A stretch of DNA of 54,437 nucleotides, taken from NCBI GenBank assembly GCA_012512455.1, contig JAAZEF010000014.1, positions 1-54,437 of the forward strand. The letters run 5' to 3'. The notes under the pieces were generated by a model, which had not been told where the DNA came from, searched no databases, and saw only the letters and a program-made list of their open reading frames with translations. The position numbers and the translations under genes were made by a program. Origin of the DNA: Erysipelothrix sp. (GTDB lineage Bacteria > Bacillota_I > Bacilli_A > Erysipelotrichales > Erysipelotrichaceae). This document shows positions 16,594 through 25,541 of this stretch, piece by piece; the first letter of the stretch is position 1, and the number at the start of each line of letters is the position of its first letter.

Positions 16594-16748
16594 TTGACAT
16601 ATTTTCAAAAGAGATGTAAACTGTAATTAGTTTCATAGAAACAGACAAGCTTGTTGTCAATGCTATTACAGTTTCCTCCTGAATAATATTGAACTTCCTT
16701 TCTAACAAGCACATTCTAGCTCAAGTTTCTCCCTTGAGCTTTTTATTT
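16594..16748 (+). ncRNA. Candidate small RNA: orphan promoter-to-terminator unit (about 120 nt transcript from about 16629)
   Basis: TTGACA (16594-16599), 17-nt spacer, TAAACT (16617-16622). Hairpins gtttc-ata-gaaac and gacaa-gcttg-ttgtc. CU-rich tracts at 16672-16680, 16694-16703 and in the terminator loop. Terminator agctcaag-tttctcc-cttgagct plus T4 (16718-16744). No ORF or SD. Confidence 0.4.
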
Positions 16749-16774
16749 GGTTTGTTTATAATAAACAAGTCGTT

Positions 16775-16849
16775 GTCCCCTTAGTAAAATGGATATTACA
16801 AGACCCTCCTAAGGTTTAGTTGTAGGTTCGATTCCTACAGGGGACGCCA
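16775..16849 (+). tRNA. tRNA-Arg (anticodon CCU), CCA encoded
   Basis: GUCCCCU...AGACC-CU-CCU-AA-GGUUU...GUAGG-UUCGAUU-CCUAC-AGGGGAC-G-CCA. Own promoter TTGAGC-17-TATAAT (16734-16762). Confidence 0.85.
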
Positions 16850-16918
16850 ATATAATATAGAATAAACGTTAAACTCAGAGCCATCTTTATGTCGATGAGT
16901 TTTTATTAATCATGGTTG

Positions 16919-16963
16919 TTGACATATTGTGTCGTCCATCATATCATTGTTAGTGCCCTAACA
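16919..16963 (+). promoter_or_regulatory. marR-ABC operon promoter TTGACA-17-TATCAT followed by a 6-4-6 inverted repeat (candidate MarR operator)
   Basis: ttgaca at 16919-16924 and tatcat at 16942-16947. TGTTAG-tgcc-CTAACA at 16948-16963. Confidence 0.55.
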
Positions 16964-16979
16964 TTTTAGGAGGTGGATT

Positions 16980-17420
16980 ATGTCAAAAAAGATCGGAAAA
17001 GAATTGCGAGAAATTCAACAGTTATTACATCAAAGAATGGAAGCAACTCGCATACATCATTCCCAGCAATTAACACATGTCCAAGTCCATGTGTTGTTAT
17101 ATATTTATAAGGCACAAGATAAAGTGTTTCAAAAAGATATTGAGAAACACTTAAAAGTAAGACGATCCACAGCATCTCAGATTCTAAACATTTTAGAAAG
17201 AGAAGAGTATCTCTTACGAAAGAGAGTAGAAGCTGATGGTCGAATGAAAGAAATTGTTATCACAAATAAAACCCTCTCATTAATCGATGAGATGGATAAA
17301 CATATAGAAAAAACAGAAAAAATGTTAGTCAAAGATGTTTCTTCAGAAGATTTGAAGGTATTTTTTAGTGTGATAGATCAAATAAAAAGGAATTTAGAAG
17401 AGGTAGAATATGATACGTAA
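16980..17420 (+). CDS. MarR-family transcriptional regulator
   Basis: 146 aa. LTHVQVHVLLYI...QKDIEKHLKVRRSTASQILNILEREEYLLR winged helix. AGGAGGTG SD present. Confidence 0.85.
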   Translation: MSKKIGKELREIQQLLHQRMEATRIHHSQQLTHVQVHVLLYIYKAQDKVFQKDIEKHLKVRRSTASQILNILEREEYLLRKRVEADGRMKEIVITNKTLSLIDEMDKHIEKTEKMLVKDVSSEDLKVFFSVIDQIKRNLEEVEYDT

Positions 17421-19149
17421 ATTACTAAATGAAGTCAAAGATTATAAAAAGGAGTCCATTTTATCACCATTATTTATGGTCGGTGAAGTTCTCTTAGAAT
17501 TAATGTTACCTTTTTTGATGGCCTTTATTGTCGACCAAGGCATCGCCAAACAAGACTTAAAAGCCGTTTTCACCTACGGAGCTCTCATGCTCATAATTGT
17601 CAGTTTTTCATTATTATTCGGTACCCTTAGTGGCACCTATGCCGCATATGCTTCTGCGGGATTCGTCAAAAACTTAAGAAACAGTATGTTTAAGAAAATA
17701 CAATCATTTTCTTTTGCCAATATCGATAAATTCTCAACATCAAGTTTAGTCACCAGGATGATGACAGATTCCACTAACGTACAAAATGCATATCAAATGT
17801 CCTTAAGAATGATGGTCAGAGCACCACTCATGTTAATAGTCGCCATGTTCATGACATTCTATATTAATGGTGAACTCGCGATGGTCTTTTTATACGCCAT
17901 GATATTTTTAAGTGTCGTCTTAGTTTTAATGATCTCAAAAGTTATGCCTATTTTTAATGTGGCCTTCCAAAAGTATGATGATTTAAACGCTAGTATCCAA
18001 GAAAATGTAAGTAACATACGTGTCGTTAAAGCTTATGTTAAAGAAGAACATGAGAAAAACAAGTTCTATATCTCTGCTAGTAATTTAAGAAAGGCATTCA
18101 GAAAAGCAGAAAATATTTTAGTCTTCAACTCACCCATCATGCAGCTGACAATGTACACCATTATGTTATTGCTCAGTTGGTTTGGGGCACAACTCGTAAG
18201 TTATGGCTCAATGACGACCGGTGAACTCATGAGTATGTTCACATACACAACCAATATTTTAATGAGCCTTATGATGTTATCAATGATCTTTGTCATGTTA
18301 ACCATGTCAGGAGCCTCTGCCAAAAGAATTGTCGAAGTATTAGACGAAGAACCAACAATTACTAATCACAACAATCCTAAGTATGAAATAAATAGTGGTG
18401 AGATTGAATTTAGAAATGTATCCTTTGGTTACTACGAAGGAACAGATAAGTATGTGTTAAATGATATTAACTTTACTATTCAATCCGGAGAAACCATCGG
18501 AATTATCGGACAAACTGGTTCCAGTAAAACAACGCTAACTAGTTTGATCCCTCGTTTATACGATGTCACGCAAGGGGCAGTTCTAGTCGATGGTGTCGAT
18601 GTCAGAGACTATGATGTTGAAACTTTAAGAGATGCGGTAGCGATGGTTCTACAAAAGAATGTTCTATTCTCGGGAACTATCAGTGACAATATGCGCTGGG
18701 GAAATCAAGAGGCAACTTTAGAAGAAATTAAAGAAGCTTCACGTATCGCTCACGCAGATGAATTCATTGACCCACTTCCTCAACAGTATGAGTCACCTGT
18801 TGAACAAGGAGGAACTAACTTCTCAGGTGGACAAAAACAAAGAATGACGATAGCACGTGCCCTATTAAAGAAACCAAAAGTTTTAATACTAGACGATAGT
18901 ACCAGTGCAGTAGATACCAAAACAGACATGAGTATTAGAGAAGAACTCAAAAAGACACTACCAGATGTCACAAAAATTATTATTTCTCAACGTATCTCAT
19001 CAATTCAAGATGCGGACAGAATATTAGTCTTAGATGAAGGAAAAGTCAGCGGTCTAGATACCCATGACAATTTACTAAAGACCAACACGCTCTATCAAGA
19101 GGTGTACGAAACACAGAAAAGAGGTGATGAAGATGAGCCAAAGAACTAA
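17410..19149 (+). CDS. ABC exporter, fused permease/ATPase subunit A of a heterodimer
   Basis: Six TM segments plus an NBD: Walker A GQTGSSKTT, signature FSGGQKQR, Walker B LILDDSTSAVD. Confidence 0.9.
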   Translation: MIRKLLNEVKDYKKESILSPLFMVGEVLLELMLPFLMAFIVDQGIAKQDLKAVFTYGALMLIIVSFSLLFGTLSGTYAAYASAGFVKNLRNSMFKKIQSFSFANIDKFSTSSLVTRMMTDSTNVQNAYQMSLRMMVRAPLMLIVAMFMTFYINGELAMVFLYAMIFLSVVLVLMISKVMPIFNVAFQKYDDLNASIQENVSNIRVVKAYVKEEHEKNKFYISASNLRKAFRKAENILVFNSPIMQLTMYTIMLLLSWFGAQLVSYGSMTTGELMSMFTYTTNILMSLMMLSMIFVMLTMSGASAKRIVEVLDEEPTITNHNNPKYEINSGEIEFRNVSFGYYEGTDKYVLNDINFTIQSGETIGIIGQTGSSKTTLTSLIPRLYDVTQGAVLVDGVDVRDYDVETLRDAVAMVLQKNVLFSGTISDNMRWGNQEATLEEIKEASRIAHADEFIDPLPQQYESPVEQGGTNFSGGQKQRMTIARALLKKPKVLILDDSTSAVDTKTDMSIREELKKTLPDVTKIIISQRISSIQDADRILVLDEGKVSGLDTHDNLLKTNTLYQEVYETQKRGDEDEPKN

Positions 19150-21028
19150 ACATTCGCCAACTGATGGTAGAAAATTAGATATGAAGACTCTTAAAAGATT
19201 ATTAAACTATGTGTTTTCAAAATATAAGAAACTATATATCGTTGTATTGATCGGCATTATTATCTCATCGATGGCCTCTGTCGCATCTTCATTATTTCTA
19301 CAAACTTTAATCGATGATTATATCCAACCCTTAATTGGAACCAACAACAAAGACTTTACACCTCTATTACAAGCACTCTCAATTATGGCAGTGATTTATT
19401 TAGTAGGTGTAATAGCAAACTTCATTTATCAAAAGATGCTAGTTATCATATCTCAAGGGACCATGGAAAGCATGCGAACTGACTTATTTTCACATATGCA
19501 GTCGCTACCTATAGGTTATTTTGACTCCCATGCTCATGGTGATATTATGAGTCTCTATACCAATGATATTGATACCTTTAGACAAGTTATTTCTCAAAGT
19601 ATTCCTCAATTCTTTGTCTCATTCATAACAATAGTAGCCGTCCTTATCTCCATGTTAGTACTCAACATCCCACTCACACTAGTCACATTACTAATGGTCG
19701 GTGTGATGCAGTTGGTGTTAGTAAACATCATGGGCAAATCAGGAAAGTATTTCACGGTCCAACAAGAGATGCTTGGAGTTGAAAATGGTTATATTGAAGA
19801 AATGATGGAAGGCGCTCGTGTCGTCAAAGTCTTTAATTATGAAGATAAAGCCATAGAACGTTTTGAAAAAATAAATCATGATTTATTCGAAAGTTCATAC
19901 AATGCCAATAAGTTTGCCAATATCTTAAATCCAATCATCGCAAACTTAGGACACATTTCATATGTTTTAGTAGCCACCATCGGTGCCATCCTCTCTATTA
20001 ATGGTTGGTCAGCAATTACCATAGGTGGACTTGCTTCATTTCTAACACTCAACAGATCCTTCATGGGTCCCATCAACCAAATATCTCAACAACTTAATTC
20101 TGTCATCATGGCCATGGCTGGATCTAAAAGAATCTTCGCATTATTAGATGAAGAATCAGAAGTAGATCAAGGGCATGTTACTCTTGTCAATGCCCAAGAA
20201 TTAGAAGATGGTAATTTAATAGAAACTACAGAAGAGACAAATACTTGGGCTTGGAAACACCAAGATGTTGATGGAAATGTACGTTATGTTAAATTAATTG
20301 GAGATGTACGCTTCTATGATGTCACTTTCGCTTATGAAGAAGGTAAACCAGTATTACACAACATCAATTTATACGCAGAACCAGGAGAGAAGATTGCCTT
20401 TGTAGGAGCTACCGGAGCCGGTAAAACTACCATTACTAATCTTATCAATCGTTTCTATGATATCAATGAAGGTTCCATTACCTACGATGGCATCGATGTT
20501 AAATTAATTAAAAAGGATGACCTTAGAAGATCATTAGGAATCGTATTACAAGATACAAATCTCTTTACAGGAACTATTGAAGAGAATATTAAATATGCTA
20601 GACCAGAAGCAACTCGTGAAGAAGTAATTGCGGCCTCAAAGCTAGCCAATGCACACAGCTTCATTAAGCATCTAGAATTTGGTTACGATACAATTCTAAC
20701 TCATGGTGGCTCATCACTGTCTCAAGGTCAACGTCAATTGTTATCAATAGCACGTGCAGCCTTGTCCAATTCACCTGTTCTTATTTTAGACGAAGCCACT
20801 TCATCAATTGACTCCCAAACTGAACGCTTAGTACAAGAGGGGATGGATAAATTGATGCACGGACGAACTACGTTTGTTATTGCGCACCGTTTAAGTACTA
20901 TTAAAAACTCTAATGTCATTATGGTCTTAGATCAAGGTAGAAACATTGAACGTGGAAATCATGAATCTCTGAGGGCCAAAAGTGGCACTTATTATCAACT
21001 CTATACAGGAGTCATAGAAAATGATTAA
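19133..21028 (+). CDS. ABC exporter, fused permease/ATPase subunit B
   Basis: GATGAGKTT, LSQGQRQL, LILDEATSSID. ATG at 19133 is 6 nt after GAGGTG, whereas the ORF-track start is 19124. Confidence 0.9.
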   Translation: MSQRTKHSPTDGRKLDMKTLKRLLNYVFSKYKKLYIVVLIGIIISSMASVASSLFLQTLIDDYIQPLIGTNNKDFTPLLQALSIMAVIYLVGVIANFIYQKMLVIISQGTMESMRTDLFSHMQSLPIGYFDSHAHGDIMSLYTNDIDTFRQVISQSIPQFFVSFITIVAVLISMLVLNIPLTLVTLLMVGVMQLVLVNIMGKSGKYFTVQQEMLGVENGYIEEMMEGARVVKVFNYEDKAIERFEKINHDLFESSYNANKFANILNPIIANLGHISYVLVATIGAILSINGWSAITIGGLASFLTLNRSFMGPINQISQQLNSVIMAMAGSKRIFALLDEESEVDQGHVTLVNAQELEDGNLIETTEETNTWAWKHQDVDGNVRYVKLIGDVRFYDVTFAYEEGKPVLHNINLYAEPGEKIAFVGATGAGKTTITNLINRFYDINEGSITYDGIDVKLIKKDDLRRSLGIVLQDTNLFTGTIEENIKYARPEATREEVIAASKLANAHSFIKHLEFGYDTILTHGGSSLSQGQRQLLSIARAALSNSPVLILDEATSSIDSQTERLVQEGMDKLMHGRTTFVIAHRLSTIKNSNVIMVLDQGRNIERGNHESLRAKSGTYYQLYTGVIEND

Positions 21029-21057
21029 AACCCTACTTGTGACAAGTAGGGTCTTTT
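21027..21057 (+). terminator. Intrinsic terminator after the ABC operon
   Basis: accctacttg-tga-caagtagggt followed by cTTTT. Confidence 0.75.
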
Positions 21058-21112
21058 AAATAATATCTTTCTTTTTAAAAATTATGTGATACAATATTAG
21101 AGCACTAAAGTT

Positions 21113-21197
21113 GCACCAGTGGCGGAATAGGCAGACGCGCACGCTTGAGGGGCGTGTGAGTAAAATCGTGCGAGTTCAAGTCTCGCCTGGTGCACCA
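21113..21197 (+). tRNA. tRNA-Leu (anticodon GAG), long variable arm, CCA encoded
   Basis: GCACCAG...CACGC-UU-GAG-GG-GCGUG, long extra arm, GCGAG-UUCAAGU-CUCGC-CUGGUGC-A-CCA. Extended -10 TGaTACAAT at 21088-21096. Confidence 0.85.
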
Positions 21198-21206
21198 TCT
21201 AATAAA

Positions 21207-22592
21207 TTATGAAGATATGTCAGTCGACGTATCTTTTTCTTTTTTATGACCAATACTTAATAAGATATTTAGTCCAATACCTAAGATAGCCGCTGTCGCG
21301 ATAGTAGGCATTTGTAAACCAAAGAAAGGAATCATTCCACCAAAGGCTGAATTACCACCTAACCCTACAATTAGGATTACAGCGATGACTGCTAAGTTCT
21401 TTGAATCAAACATGTTAACCTTACGATCCATAAATATCGCAATGCCTTGAGCAGCAATGACACCAAAGAGATAAATCTCAAGTCCCCCAATGACAGGCTT
21501 AGGTATAGAATAGATGAGGTTAATTAGCGGTGTAAAGAATGAAATAATCATTGTAATGACTGCCGCTGCCAATAGAACTGCGATAGAGAAGTTTTTAGAA
21601 ATAGCCATCGTAGAAATGTTTTCACCATAGTTAGTACCAGCAGGTCCACCAATCATTCCTGAGACAATATCCCCTAGACCATCACCAATTAAGTTAAGAC
21701 CTAATTTTTCTTTTATCTTATAAATTTTGCCAGTCTTCTTTTTCTTAGACAATTGATTGACATAAATATCTAATTGATAGATATGAGCTGTCGACTCTGG
21801 GATTGTCGCAATCGCAATAGGCATTATCGCAAACAATGCAGGCCAACTGACTTTAGGTAGTGTGAAGTGTGGCATTTGAACAATAGCACCTTGGACAATA
21901 TCAAAGTGGAAGAAAGTGATGCCTGTTACTTGTTGAACAATGAAGGCTGTAATATAACCTGCAGTGAGCCCTAGCAATATTGGAATCTGTGAAAGGACAC
22001 CACGCTTAATATATACACTAAAGAAAATAGTAGAGAACAGGGTAACTAATGACACAATCCACACCAGTTGTGTATCAGGATTATTGTTAAGTCCTTCAAT
22101 AAACGGAGCGGCATCTAAGATGGCATTCTCAGCTAACGTTAGACCAATAATCATGGCAATACTACCTGTAACTGTTGGTGGTAAGATTTTATCAATTGTG
22201 TCTTTACCAAAACGATTAATAATAACACCAGCAATGATAGAAACAAATCCTGACATTACAATACCAAATTGAGCGATGCGAATCATTTCATCCGGTGAAG
22301 TTGCGACTGATCCTGCAGCATATTTGAAACCTGTCACAGAAACAATGGCGGATAAATAAGCAAAGCTTGAACCGTAGTACAAAGGAATTTGTCCTTTAGT
22401 TACTATGATGAAACAAAGTGTCGCGAAACCTGAAGCAAACAAAGTGGTAGAGATGTGAAATCCAGTCAACAGCGCAACAATTACGGTTGCTGGAAACATT
22501 ACTACAATTTGTTGTAATGCGAATAAAATCAGTTTTCCTAACGGTGGGTTTTCATCAGGTAAATAGCCTGATACATTTTTTAAATGGGTCAT
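21207..22592 (-). CDS. pyrP: Uracil permease (NCS2/NAT family)
   Basis: NAT signature region YGENISTMAISK (Glu-type, as in UraA/PyrP), about 13-14 TM segments. ATG at 22592 (MTHLKNV) follows a GGAGGG SD. The ORF-track start at 22619 lies in the leader terminator. Confidence 0.75.
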   Translation of the reverse strand: MTHLKNVSGYLPDENPPLGKLILFALQQIVVMFPATVIVALLTGFHISTTLFASGFATLCFIIVTKGQIPLYYGSSFAYLSAIVSVTGFKYAAGSVATSPDEMIRIAQFGIVMSGFVSIIAGVIINRFGKDTIDKILPPTVTGSIAMIIGLTLAENAILDAAPFIEGLNNNPDTQLVWIVSLVTLFSTIFFSVYIKRGVLSQIPILLGLTAGYITAFIVQQVTGITFFHFDIVQGAIVQMPHFTLPKVSWPALFAIMPIAIATIPESTAHIYQLDIYVNQLSKKKKTGKIYKIKEKLGLNLIGDGLGDIVSGMIGGPAGTNYGENISTMAISKNFSIAVLLAAAVITMIISFFTPLINLIYSIPKPVIGGLEIYLFGVIAAQGIAIFMDRKVNMFDSKNLAVIAVILIVGLGGNSAFGGMIPFFGLQMPTIATAAILGIGLNILLSIGHKKEKDTSTDISS

Positions 22593-22609
22593 AGTGCCCT
22601 CCTTTTCAT

Positions 22610-22713
22610 AAAAAAACAATCTCTTTATACAGAGATTGCCCAGAAAAAATCAGCTCAAGAGACCCACTTTGTCTCTTTATGTTTTTTATTCTTGTTTGCA
22701 TCTCTGTACAAAC
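22610..22713 (-). promoter_or_regulatory. Transcription attenuator leader (terminator, antiterminator and upstream CAGAGA-loop hairpin)
   Basis: Minus strand: terminator caatctct-gtataa-agagattg plus U7 (22610-22638). Upstream UACAGAGAUGC (within hairpin 22694-22713, loop CAGAGA) is complementary to the terminator 5' arm GCAAUCUCUGUA. Confidence 0.55.
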
Positions 22714-22761
22714 TTAAAGAATTATCTCACTTACAATTGCATGACACTATTTGAATGTCAA

Positions 22762-23556
22762 TTATAATTTTAAGAGTTTAGTAAGCATTAAACTCACACA
22801 TAAGACTGTTAAATTCACTAAAATAACACTCGCACCAGTTGGTGTATTCAATTGTGCAGCTAAAATAAGTCCTATCGTATAATTAATAACACCAAAGAAG
22901 GCTGTGGAAATGGTAACCGACTTAAATGAATTAAACCAACGCATCGCAATAATTGTCGGAAATATAATTAAGCCACTAATTAAAAGGGCCCCCATAAGAC
23001 GCATGCCTACCACAATCACAATGGCACTAAGAATAGCCAGAGCACTATTGTAATGATCTGTTTTTAAGCCAACTGCTTTTGAAAAGGAATCATCAAAAGT
23101 TATCGCAAATAAGCGATGATACATCAAGACAAAGCTTACGACCACCAGGATACTCATAATTACCGCAATGACAACATCACGATTATTAACCCCAAGAATA
23201 CTACCAAACATATAGCTCGAGATATCAGCATTGATACCACGTAATTGGATGACAACAACACCAATTGCTAAAGCAGAACTAGAAATAATACCAATCATAG
23301 CATCCCCACTAATGATTGAAGATTGTGATACTTTGAGGATTAAATAAGCAGCAATGATAGAAATTATTAAAGAGAAAATTAAAGGCTCTTGATTAAAAGC
23401 TAATCCGATAGCCATACTACCAAAAGCAACGTGTGACAAACCATCACCAATTAAAGAGTTTTTACTTAAAACCAAGTTGACCCCTAAAAGTGATGTGCTT
23501 AGCGCAATCGCAATCCCTGCCACTAAGGCTTTTATCATAAAGGCATATTGAAACAT
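22762..23556 (-). CDS. znuB: Metal (Zn/Mn) ABC transporter permease, ABC-3 family
   Basis: 264 aa, about 8 TM segments, ZnuB/TroD-like. Start is adjacent to the upstream ATPase gene stop. Confidence 0.75.
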   Translation of the reverse strand: MFQYAFMIKALVAGIAIALSTSLLGVNLVLSKNSLIGDGLSHVAFGSMAIGLAFNQEPLIFSLIISIIAAYLILKVSQSSIISGDAMIGIISSSALAIGVVVIQLRGINADISSYMFGSILGVNNRDVVIAVIMSILVVVSFVLMYHRLFAITFDDSFSKAVGLKTDHYNSALAILSAIVIVVGMRLMGALLISGLIIFPTIIAMRWFNSFKSVTISTAFFGVINYTIGLILAAQLNTPTGASVILVNLTVLCVSLMLTKLLKL

Positions 23557-24245
23557 TAGTCGAGCCCTCCAAACTGTGATCGATAGTCTTCGCTAGACCC
23601 ATAGAAATCAATTTGGGTATTCATTCTTAATACCTTTGTACTTTGTTTGATGATATCTGAAACATCATGCGTAATCATAACAATGGTAATACCGTGGTGA
23701 CGATTTAATTCACCTAGTAGTTCAAAGAGTGATTTAGTGATATTAACATCAAGACTTGCGACAGGTTCATCTAAGAAAAGAATAGTTTCTGTGGCACATA
23801 GTGCACGAGCTAACAGAACACGTTGACGTTGACCTCCTGAAAGATCTTTAAAGGAAGTGTTAGAGAGATGTTCTATTTCTAATAATTTCATATTTTTAAT
23901 TGCTTTATTTTTAAAATCTTTAGGATAGAAAAATCTATTATTTAATTGGTTCACAAAACCTGACATGACGACCTCAAATACAGAAGCTGGAAAGTCTTTT
24001 TGAATTTCTATGACTTGAGGCAAATAGCCAATTTTATTAGGTGTGACTCCTGGGTATTTTATTTGACCAGAATATAGTGATTTAAGGCCTAAAATACCTT
24101 TCATGAGAGTGGTTTTACCTGATCCATTCTCACCCGCAATCACAAGAAAATCCCCTTGATTAATGGTAAAACTTACATCATCTACAGCCAAACCGTTTTG
24201 ATACATCATTGATACATTATGGCATTCAATTAGTGATTTACTCAT
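23556..24245 (-). CDS. znuC: Metal ABC transporter ATP-binding protein
   Basis: GENGSGKTT, LSGGQRQRVLLARAL, LFLDEPVASLD. Confidence 0.8.
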   Translation of the reverse strand: MSKSLIECHNVSMMYQNGLAVDDVSFTINQGDFLVIAGENGSGKTTLMKGILGLKSLYSGQIKYPGVTPNKIGYLPQVIEIQKDFPASVFEVVMSGFVNQLNNRFFYPKDFKNKAIKNMKLLEIEHLSNTSFKDLSGGQRQRVLLARALCATETILFLDEPVASLDVNITKSLFELLGELNRHHGITIVMITHDVSDIIKQSTKVLRMNTQIDFYGSSEDYRSQFGGLD

Positions 24246-25114
24246 CGATAAAGACCTACTTTCAGGTTTTCAATATTTTGTTGTTGAATTTCAATAAAAG
24301 TTAGTCCATTTTTGTATTGCTCCAAGGAGATGTTATGGGTAGAGTTAAGTTCAAGAGTTTTAACTCCAGTTTCTTTCTCAATGGTATTCACGATATTTAA
24401 TGAAGCAAGTTCTTCGATAAAGACAACTTCTAAATTTTCTTCTTCAATTACATCTATGATTGAAGTTAGTTGAGCGATAGTTGGTTCGCTTTCATGAGAC
24501 ATGCTCTCAAAAAGGGCAATGTACTCAACCCCATAGTCATTCATGAGATAGTTGAGTCCAAAGTGACCTAAGAAGACGATGGTATCAATATCAGCTTGTT
24601 CAAATACAGAAGCGTATTCTTTATCTAAAGCCTCAAGCTTCTCTATAAGTGCATCAGCATTATTTGTATAGAGTTCTTTGTGTTCTAAATCAACTTCTAT
24701 AATCGCATCACGAATTGTTTCTACCATTAATTGAGCGTTTCTCATACTTGTCCAGACGTGTGGGTCTTCATGACCATGATCTGAATCAATATAGGTAATC
24801 TTTTTTGAAGCATCAATTTTATTCACAGAATCATCAATCAATGAATTAACCCAAGGTTCCATCCCATCATTGGTATAGATGAATAAATCAGAATTGTTTA
24901 TGGTCACCATGTCTTGTGCTGTAGGTTCAAAACTGTGGGCACTTTCTCCAGGTTGAACTAACAGCGTTACTAATTCATTTGGTGCTATCGCTCTAACAAA
25001 ATCATAAGTGACATAGGAGGTTGTGATAATAGATAATTCATCATTTTGATCAGATGATTCACTACAACCGATCAATAATAATAAAATAAGGAGTGTGGAT
25101 AATATTTTTTTCAT
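24242..25114 (-). CDS. znuA: Metal ABC transporter substrate-binding lipoprotein (cluster A-I, ZnuA/AdcA-like)
   Basis: MKKILSTLLILLLLIGC lipobox and DSDHGHEDPHVW metal-site segment. ATG at 25114 overlaps the zur stop (ATGA). Confidence 0.75.
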   Translation of the reverse strand: MKKILSTLLILLLLIGCSESSDQNDELSIITTSYVTYDFVRAIAPNELVTLLVQPGESAHSFEPTAQDMVTINNSDLFIYTNDGMEPWVNSLIDDSVNKIDASKKITYIDSDHGHEDPHVWTSMRNAQLMVETIRDAIIEVDLEHKELYTNNADALIEKLEALDKEYASVFEQADIDTIVFLGHFGLNYLMNDYGVEYIALFESMSHESEPTIAQLTSIIDVIEEENLEVVFIEELASLNIVNTIEKETGVKTLELNSTHNISLEQYKNGLTFIEIQQQNIENLKVGLYR

Positions 25115-25521
25115 GCTTGTTGTCCCTCTAAACACTTTTCACAAATACCATATAAAATAGTTTGACTAAGATCGATTTTGAAGCTGTGCTCCTCATTAAA
25201 ATGAGCCTCTAAGTCATCAAAATCCTTACAGTCGATATGAAATAATTGATCACACTGATAACAAACGCAGTGATAGTGATCCTCACAATTTAAGTGATTT
25301 CCAATATATTGATAGAAGGCACTCTGTGATGGTGAGACATAATACTTGCGCACTAAACCTTCACTCTCAAGTTTCTCTAAGGTACGATAGACTGTAGCTT
25401 TGGATACTTTCATTTCATTTTTTCTCATTTGAAATAATAAATCATCCGCGCTAAAGGCTTCTTCTTGATAATCTATAATTTGTTCTAAAATTAAATCTCT
25501 TTGTTTAGTACGATAGGTCAT
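25111..25521 (-). CDS. zur: Fur-family metalloregulator, Zur-like
   Basis: 136 aa. Winged helix KVSKATVYRTLEKLESEGLV and C-terminal CxxC pairs (CYQC, CEKC) with HYHC. First gene of the metal ABC operon. Confidence 0.7.
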   Translation of the reverse strand: MTYRTKQRDLILEQIIDYQEEAFSADDLLFQMRKNEMKVSKATVYRTLEKLESEGLVRKYYVSPSQSAFYQYIGNHLNCEDHYHCVCYQCDQLFHIDCKDFDDLEAHFNEEHSFKIDLSQTILYGICEKCLEGQQA

Positions 25522-25541
25522 AAAACTCCTCCACTTCTGAA

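Noticed and set aside
16629-16748. Known housekeeping RNA (SRP/4.5S, 6S, T-box, tmRNA fragment) in the msrB-tRNA gap.
   Set aside because: It lacks the SRP domain IV motif (GGAA...AGCA), is too short for 6S, and has no T-box (GGUGGUACCGCG-like) sequence. It is therefore reported only as an unclassified candidate.
21964-22272. 102-aa plus-strand ORF inside the uracil permease gene. Similar shadow ORFs occur in the ABC, glp, cdaA, glmM, kinase and SPFH genes (for example 18780-18971, 19876-20076, 33481-33726, 35969-36190, 43187-43429, 45457-45696, 48129-48374, 48973-49182).
   Set aside because: These are shadow ORFs opposite or out of frame with genes that carry clear family motifs. None has a start context.
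22593-22760. Purine, guanine or xanthine riboswitch upstream of the NCS2 permease.
   Set aside because: No three-way-junction purine-riboswitch core (UAUA...UGGG...CCGUAAA-type conserved loops) is visible. The permease signature is also the uracil (Glu) type.
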